Shown here: positions 27,728 to 32,063 of the stretch, in pieces
How the letters are laid out: each line of letters opens with the position of its first letter
How positions within the stretch are numbered: the stretch's first letter is position 1
DNA from: Microcoleaceae cyanobacterium
GTDB lineage: Bacteria > Cyanobacteriota > Cyanobacteriia > Cyanobacteriales > Microcoleaceae
Direction of reading: 5' to 3'
Length of the DNA: 32,063 nt
NCBI GenBank assembly: GCA_051652765.1
Contig: JBOFUV010000143.1
Span: forward strand, 1 to 32,063
The notes under the pieces: generated by a model
Databases searched by the model: none
The model's input: the letters and a program-made list of their open reading frames with translations, nothing else
Told to the model about the DNA's origin: nothing
Program-made: the position numbers and the translations under genes

Positions 27728-30046
27728 ATGATCAACCCTCAAGCCAACTTCTCCGATCTGACGCACCATTGGGCTCGCCCATTTATTCTGCGGCTCTCTC
27801 GTCAGGGCATCATACGGGGATTTCCAGATGGAACCTTTCGCCCTGAACAGCCGATGACTCGTGCTGAATTTGCGACAGTTCTCAAGGCGGCCTTTGCTGT
27901 GGCTCCCCAACGAACCTACGTTCCTTTTGTGGATGTGCCGATTAATTTCTGGGGGGCAGCGGCGATTCGTTATGCCCACGAAGCAGGTTTCATCTCAGGC
28001 TTTCCAGGAAACTATTTTTATCCTCAACGAAATATTATTCGGCTCCACGTCTTACTGGCCCTAGTTTCAGGCTTAAGGCTTCAACCTGCGACTCCTGTCC
28101 TTGCCCTAGAGAACATTTATACTGACTTCAATCAGATTCCGGGATATGCGATCGCCGCCATCCAGACCGCAACCCAGAAACACATCATTGTTAACTTTCC
28201 CAATCCTGCCCTGCTCAACCCCAATCGACCCGCAACCCGCGCCGAAGTTTGTACCTGTGTCCATCAAGCCTTAGTAGAGCAGGCTAGGCTTTTACCCATC
28301 GCTTCTGCCTATATTGTGGAACCTGCTACTTCTGGCACGATTCGCAATGGAACTCATCTGGCAGTGAATGGCAGGCGGTGGAAGATTGCCTGGGGGCAGC
28401 AGAGTTCGGGGATTACCATGGCAACTGGAATTAGTGATAAGGGCATCATGCTAGTCCTTGGAATCAATCCCTTGGATACCACTGAACCCTCTCGTCAACT
28501 CATTCATTGGTTTTTAACGACGAATTCACCGGCTGCAATGCCCACCTATTTTGATCCAGAATATCGTTACCTCGATATTAATCAATTTGGTATTGATCAT
28601 GATTGGGAAGTAGAAATTGATGGCAAAACTTTAAATATTTTCTCTGTCATTCAACAGGTAAAGGGGATTACCTGGACAGCAGCAAAAAATCAAGCTCAAA
28701 TCAAAATTGATCTGAATCAACCAACTCCGTGGGAACTATATGAATTAAATTCTGAATGGGAGGTTGTTATTGATGCTATTACTTCCCAAGTGATCGCCGA
28801 TCAGTTTTCCAAACAGACTGAACTGCCGACTCCTCCTAATCATTCAGAAGCAGAAAATGAAGGTGAAACGATAGGCAGCCTCGAACAGCCCAAACCCCCA
28901 ATAGTAAAGCCAGGAATTGCCCAAACAGTTATTCAGGGCAGGTTGCCTGAGGGATATCGAGTGCGGGTGTCTACTTCTACAGCTCCAAATCAAATTAGAA
29001 TTGAACTGCGCCAAGATGCCTTGGTCAACCGCAATATTCTTTGGACATCTGGCCTCAATTGGCGACAACAATATCTCACTTTAGGGCTGGATCAGTTCCC
29101 TGTAGTCTGGTTAAAACTTCAACCCAAATCAGGGTTAATTTTGCGTCCAATTTGGACTGATCCAACTCAAATGAAAGGGATTACAGCCCTAGTCCAAATG
29201 GCAGAAACCTGGAAGAGTTTGGCTGCAATTAATGGGGGATATTTTAATCGGAATAATCTCTTGCCGTTAGGCGCAATTCGCCGGGAGGGAACTTGGTTTT
29301 CGGGGCCGATTTTGAACCGGGGGGCGATCGCCTGGAATGACACAGGAACCGTAAAAATGGCACGGTTAACTTTAGTTGAACGGGTAACAAATTCAACTGG
29401 AACTCGCTTTGATACTGACTTGCTCAACACAGGCTACGTCAAAGCTGGAATTGCCCGCTACACCTCGGCTTGGGGGAGTACTTACACGCCCTTGACCTTG
29501 AATGAAGTTGCCCTTGTTGTTGAAAATAATCTTGTCACTCGCCAAGTTGAAGCCCCTGATGACAAAACTCCCATTGCCATTCCGGCAAAAGGATACTTAC
29601 TGATTTTGCGTTCCTTCCGCAGCGCTCTCGGTGCATTTCCAGTCGGAACTCAGGTTATCCTTGAAACCCAGACTACCCCCGCAGACTTTGGATCTTTCCC
29701 CAATATTTTGGGTGGTGGGCCATTGCTGTTACAGGGAGGCAAGGTGGTTGTAGATGCTGAGGCTGAAGGATTTAATTATTGGTTTGGGCAGCAAGCTGCG
29801 ATCCGCAGTGGAGTCGGGGTAACAGCGCTAGGGGAAATGCTGATTGTAACAGTTCACAATCGTGTCGGGGGGACTGGGCCAAAGTTGACGGAAATGGCTC
29901 AACTGATGCAACAGTTAGGCGCTATAGATGCTTTAAACCTAGATGGGGGCAGTTCTACCAGTCTAGTGTTGGGGGGTCAATTATTGAATCGTACGGCGGA
30001 TACGGCAGCTCCGGTTCAAAATGGTCTGGCGGTTTTTCGAGTCTAG
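27728..30046 (+). CDS. S-layer homology (3x SLH) + phosphodiester glycosidase (NAGPA-like) protein
   Basis: FSDL..HWA...GFPDGTFRPEQPMTRAE SLH repeats; AAINGGYF, GGGPLLL, ALNLDGGSST. Confidence 0.9.
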   Translation: MINPQANFSDLTHHWARPFILRLSRQGIIRGFPDGTFRPEQPMTRAEFATVLKAAFAVAPQRTYVPFVDVPINFWGAAAIRYAHEAGFISGFPGNYFYPQRNIIRLHVLLALVSGLRLQPATPVLALENIYTDFNQIPGYAIAAIQTATQKHIIVNFPNPALLNPNRPATRAEVCTCVHQALVEQARLLPIASAYIVEPATSGTIRNGTHLAVNGRRWKIAWGQQSSGITMATGISDKGIMLVLGINPLDTTEPSRQLIHWFLTTNSPAAMPTYFDPEYRYLDINQFGIDHDWEVEIDGKTLNIFSVIQQVKGITWTAAKNQAQIKIDLNQPTPWELYELNSEWEVVIDAITSQVIADQFSKQTELPTPPNHSEAENEGETIGSLEQPKPPIVKPGIAQTVIQGRLPEGYRVRVSTSTAPNQIRIELRQDALVNRNILWTSGLNWRQQYLTLGLDQFPVVWLKLQPKSGLILRPIWTDPTQMKGITALVQMAETWKSLAAINGGYFNRNNLLPLGAIRREGTWFSGPILNRGAIAWNDTGTVKMARLTLVERVTNSTGTRFDTDLLNTGYVKAGIARYTSAWGSTYTPLTLNEVALVVENNLVTRQVEAPDDKTPIAIPAKGYLLILRSFRSALGAFPVGTQVILETQTTPADFGSFPNILGGGPLLLQGGKVVVDAEAEGFNYWFGQQAAIRSGVGVTALGEMLIVTVHNRVGGTGPKLTEMAQLMQQLGAIDALNLDGGSSTSLVLGGQLLNRTADTAAPVQNGLAVFRV

Positions 30047-30101
30047 AGTTTGAGTCTAGAGAATGTGAGACTGGTGGCAACTGAAACCCTACAACAGTTC
30101 T

Positions 30102-31040
30102 TTACTCCTCAACTTGATATCCTAAATCAGCCAGTTGAGATCGAGACTGTCGCCACTTGGGTTGTACTTTGACAAAAAGTTCAAGATAAACCTGCCCGTC
30201 AACCAGTTTTTGAATCTGTTGGCGCGCCTCGCTACCAATTGCTTTCAACATCTGACCTCCCTTCCCGATGAGAATTCCCTTTTGAGAAGGGCGCTCAACA
30301 CAGATAGTTGCCAAAATTCGAGTAATTTCAGGTGCTTCTTCTACCCGGTCGATCACAATTGCAACGGAATGAGGAACCTCTTCACGGGTTTGTAAAAGAA
30401 TTTGCTCACGGATGAGCTCCGCCATAATAAACCGCTCAGGTTGATCGGTTACCAGCTCTGGAGGATAGTAATAGGGGCCAGAATCTAGGTTCTGAATCAA
30501 AAGATCTTGTAAAGCTTCCAGTCCTAAACCTGTCAGCGCAGAAAACTCTATGATTGGCCAATTTTGAGGTTGAACCAGTTGTTGATACCCTTCCTCAATT
30601 TCTGGAGCATCGGTAAGTCGTTGATCTAACTTGTTCAAGCCCAGAACAATAGGTACTTTTACTAATTGTAAGAGATTGGCAATGAAACGATCACCCCCTC
30701 CAACTTCGACTGAGCCGTCTACCACAAATAGGAGAACGTCAACAGAGTGAATTGCAAGCTGGGCATTTTTGACTAGAACCTGTCCCAGTTGATGATGAGG
30801 TTTGTGAATGCCAGGAGTATCGACAAAAATAATTTGTGCCTCTGGAGTCGTTAAAATTCCTCGGAGGCGATTGCGCGTAGTCTGGGCAACAGGAGAAGTA
30901 ATCGCAACCTTCTGTCCAATCAGTTGGTTCATCAAAGTTGATTTGCCAACATTAGGCCGTCCAATAATTCCCACAAATCCTGACTTATAACCTGCTGGGG
31001 CAAGGGGGACACTAATTCCTTCAGACCAGTCTAATGACAT
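30102..31040 (-). CDS. era: GTPase Era
   Basis: GRPNVGKST, QTTR, DTPG, NKLD, EVPHS, SQKGILIGKGG KH domain. Confidence 0.98.
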   Translation of the reverse strand: MSLDWSEGISVPLAPAGYKSGFVGIIGRPNVGKSTLMNQLIGQKVAITSPVAQTTRNRLRGILTTPEAQIIFVDTPGIHKPHHQLGQVLVKNAQLAIHSVDVLLFVVDGSVEVGGGDRFIANLLQLVKVPIVLGLNKLDQRLTDAPEIEEGYQQLVQPQNWPIIEFSALTGLGLEALQDLLIQNLDSGPYYYPPELVTDQPERFIMAELIREQILLQTREEVPHSVAIVIDRVEEAPEITRILATICVERPSQKGILIGKGGQMLKAIGSEARQQIQKLVDGQVYLELFVKVQPKWRQSRSQLADLGYQVEE

Positions 31041-31249
31041 ATAGAGTGTGGGCCATCCAAGCTTTCCCTCTACGCTACCATGGCTTGATCATCTAGGGTA
31101 TAATTTTGTAAGATTCCAAGAATAGCTGCCCAGTTTGCAAGATTCTTACAAGACGTTTTGACAAAACATTGGGGAACTCATTTCAGAGGTAGCTTACAGT
31201 CTAGGCTTGGGAATTTAACCTTGTAGTTCAAGTTGGTGAAATTGAGGAG

Positions 31250-31774
31250 ATGAGTATGGTGAAATATAAGCTGATTGGAGGGTTGTGCGCTTTACTAGCC
31301 ACAACAGCTCTTCCCCTTCCTGCCTTGGCTCAGATTGGTGTAATTACTGTTCCTTCTGATTTCGACTATAGGTACAAGTCGAAGAATGCAGAGACTGGAA
31401 AAGTAGAGCCTCCCAAATATGAGACCCTACCTGATCTAGCATTGCCTGATAGAACTCTGCCAGCAAAGTTCAAGTATCCAATTATTTATGAAATGGCGGT
31501 CAATAAAGATATTACCAGTGACGCGGTAATTACGGATGAGGTATTCCTCGCAAACTTACCTCCAGTTCCTAGTGGTGCTACTTTGGATGATGTTCCTCGC
31601 GCTAGAGCGGAGTACACTCGCAAAATTGAGGAATGGGGCGAGTTGATTCAGGAATGTTTGGCGGCCAATCCTTTACTGATCAAAAAAGATACAGGAAACC
31701 CCATCTTGATCAATCAAAAACCCGCTGGAACAATTGTGTTCAACGCAAATCTAATCCCAGTCTGTCCTCGTTAA
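31250..31774 (+). CDS. Secreted hypothetical protein
   Basis: GAGGAG RBS, signal peptide ...LPLPALA-Q, C-terminal Cys pair. Confidence 0.8.
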   Translation: MSMVKYKLIGGLCALLATTALPLPALAQIGVITVPSDFDYRYKSKNAETGKVEPPKYETLPDLALPDRTLPAKFKYPIIYEMAVNKDITSDAVITDEVFLANLPPVPSGATLDDVPRARAEYTRKIEEWGELIQECLAANPLLIKKDTGNPILINQKPAGTIVFNANLIPVCPR

Positions 31775-31804
31775 GTCTATTGTTTACAAGTGTTGAATTA
31801 GCAA

Positions 31805-31847
31805 CAACCTAGTCTTTAGAAATTATCTTTCCATAAAGACTAGGTTG
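31805..31847. terminator. 14-bp perfect hairpin
   Basis: CAACCTAGTCTTTA / TAAAGACTAGGTTG between convergent transcription units. Confidence 0.65.
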
Positions 31848-31862
31848 CAAAGTTTCTTCAAA

Positions 31863-31905
31863 ACCTCAAGAGCCAGTTCGGAACTCCAGAACTGGCTCTT
31901 GAGGT
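31863..31905 (-). terminator. 17-bp perfect hairpin, probable rrn terminator
   Basis: ACCTCAAGAGCCAGTTC / GAACTGGCTCTTGAGGT. Confidence 0.7.
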
Positions 31906-31966
31906 AAGACATTACAAAAACTTAAGAACCCTAAAGACTGCATAGAGAGAGAAGAGAAAGAGGAGA

Positions 31967-32063
31967 AGGTCAAGCCCTCGGTCTATTAGTGTGCCTTGGC
32001 TACATACATCGCTGCACTTCCACCGAGCACCTATCAACGGGTAATCTGCCCGTGACCTTACTG
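31967..32063 (-). rRNA. rrl: 23S rRNA, 3' terminal ~97 nt (partial)
   Basis: Plus strand GGTCAAGCCCTCGGTCTATTAG...CTGCACTTCCACC...CCTATCAACGGGT...GTGACCTTAC is the reverse complement of the cyanobacterial 23S 3' end. Confidence 0.95.

Noticed and set aside
1..32063. Retron, DGR or group II intron system
   Set aside because: No reverse transcriptase ORF and no TR/VR-type repeat pair seen

Overview
Cyanobacterial chromosomal window (scattered HIP1 octamers GCGATCGC, cyanobacterial-type genes). Bases ~1-7625 are the right-hand part of an integrated mobile element. It has a divergent RHH / HTH regulator pair, a small operon of coiled-coil and membrane proteins, a DnaB-N-terminal-domain::DUF3987 helicase-like Rep and a co-transcribed tyrosine integrase with arm-type repeats. 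Two oppositely oriented, helically phased TGGGGCA iteron-like arrays are present: one non-coding at 44-135 and one inside rep at 5942-6112. A shared 30-bp motif recurs beside both arrays and at the element end, and the rep leader looks structured, with uORFs and a predicted antisense RNA. The rest is host DNA: fetB-like permease, RNase III, SWIM + SNF2 pair, pnp, DUF1830, FecR-like protein, polysaccharide deacetylase lipoprotein, a small secreted peptide, a coupled ATPase + TPR/STAND/TM/WD40 pair, an SLH-phosphodiester glycosidase, era, a secreted hypothetical protein, and the 3' end of a 23S rRNA gene (minus strand) that is not followed by a 5S gene. All calls are by eye from sequence motifs; no database searches were run.
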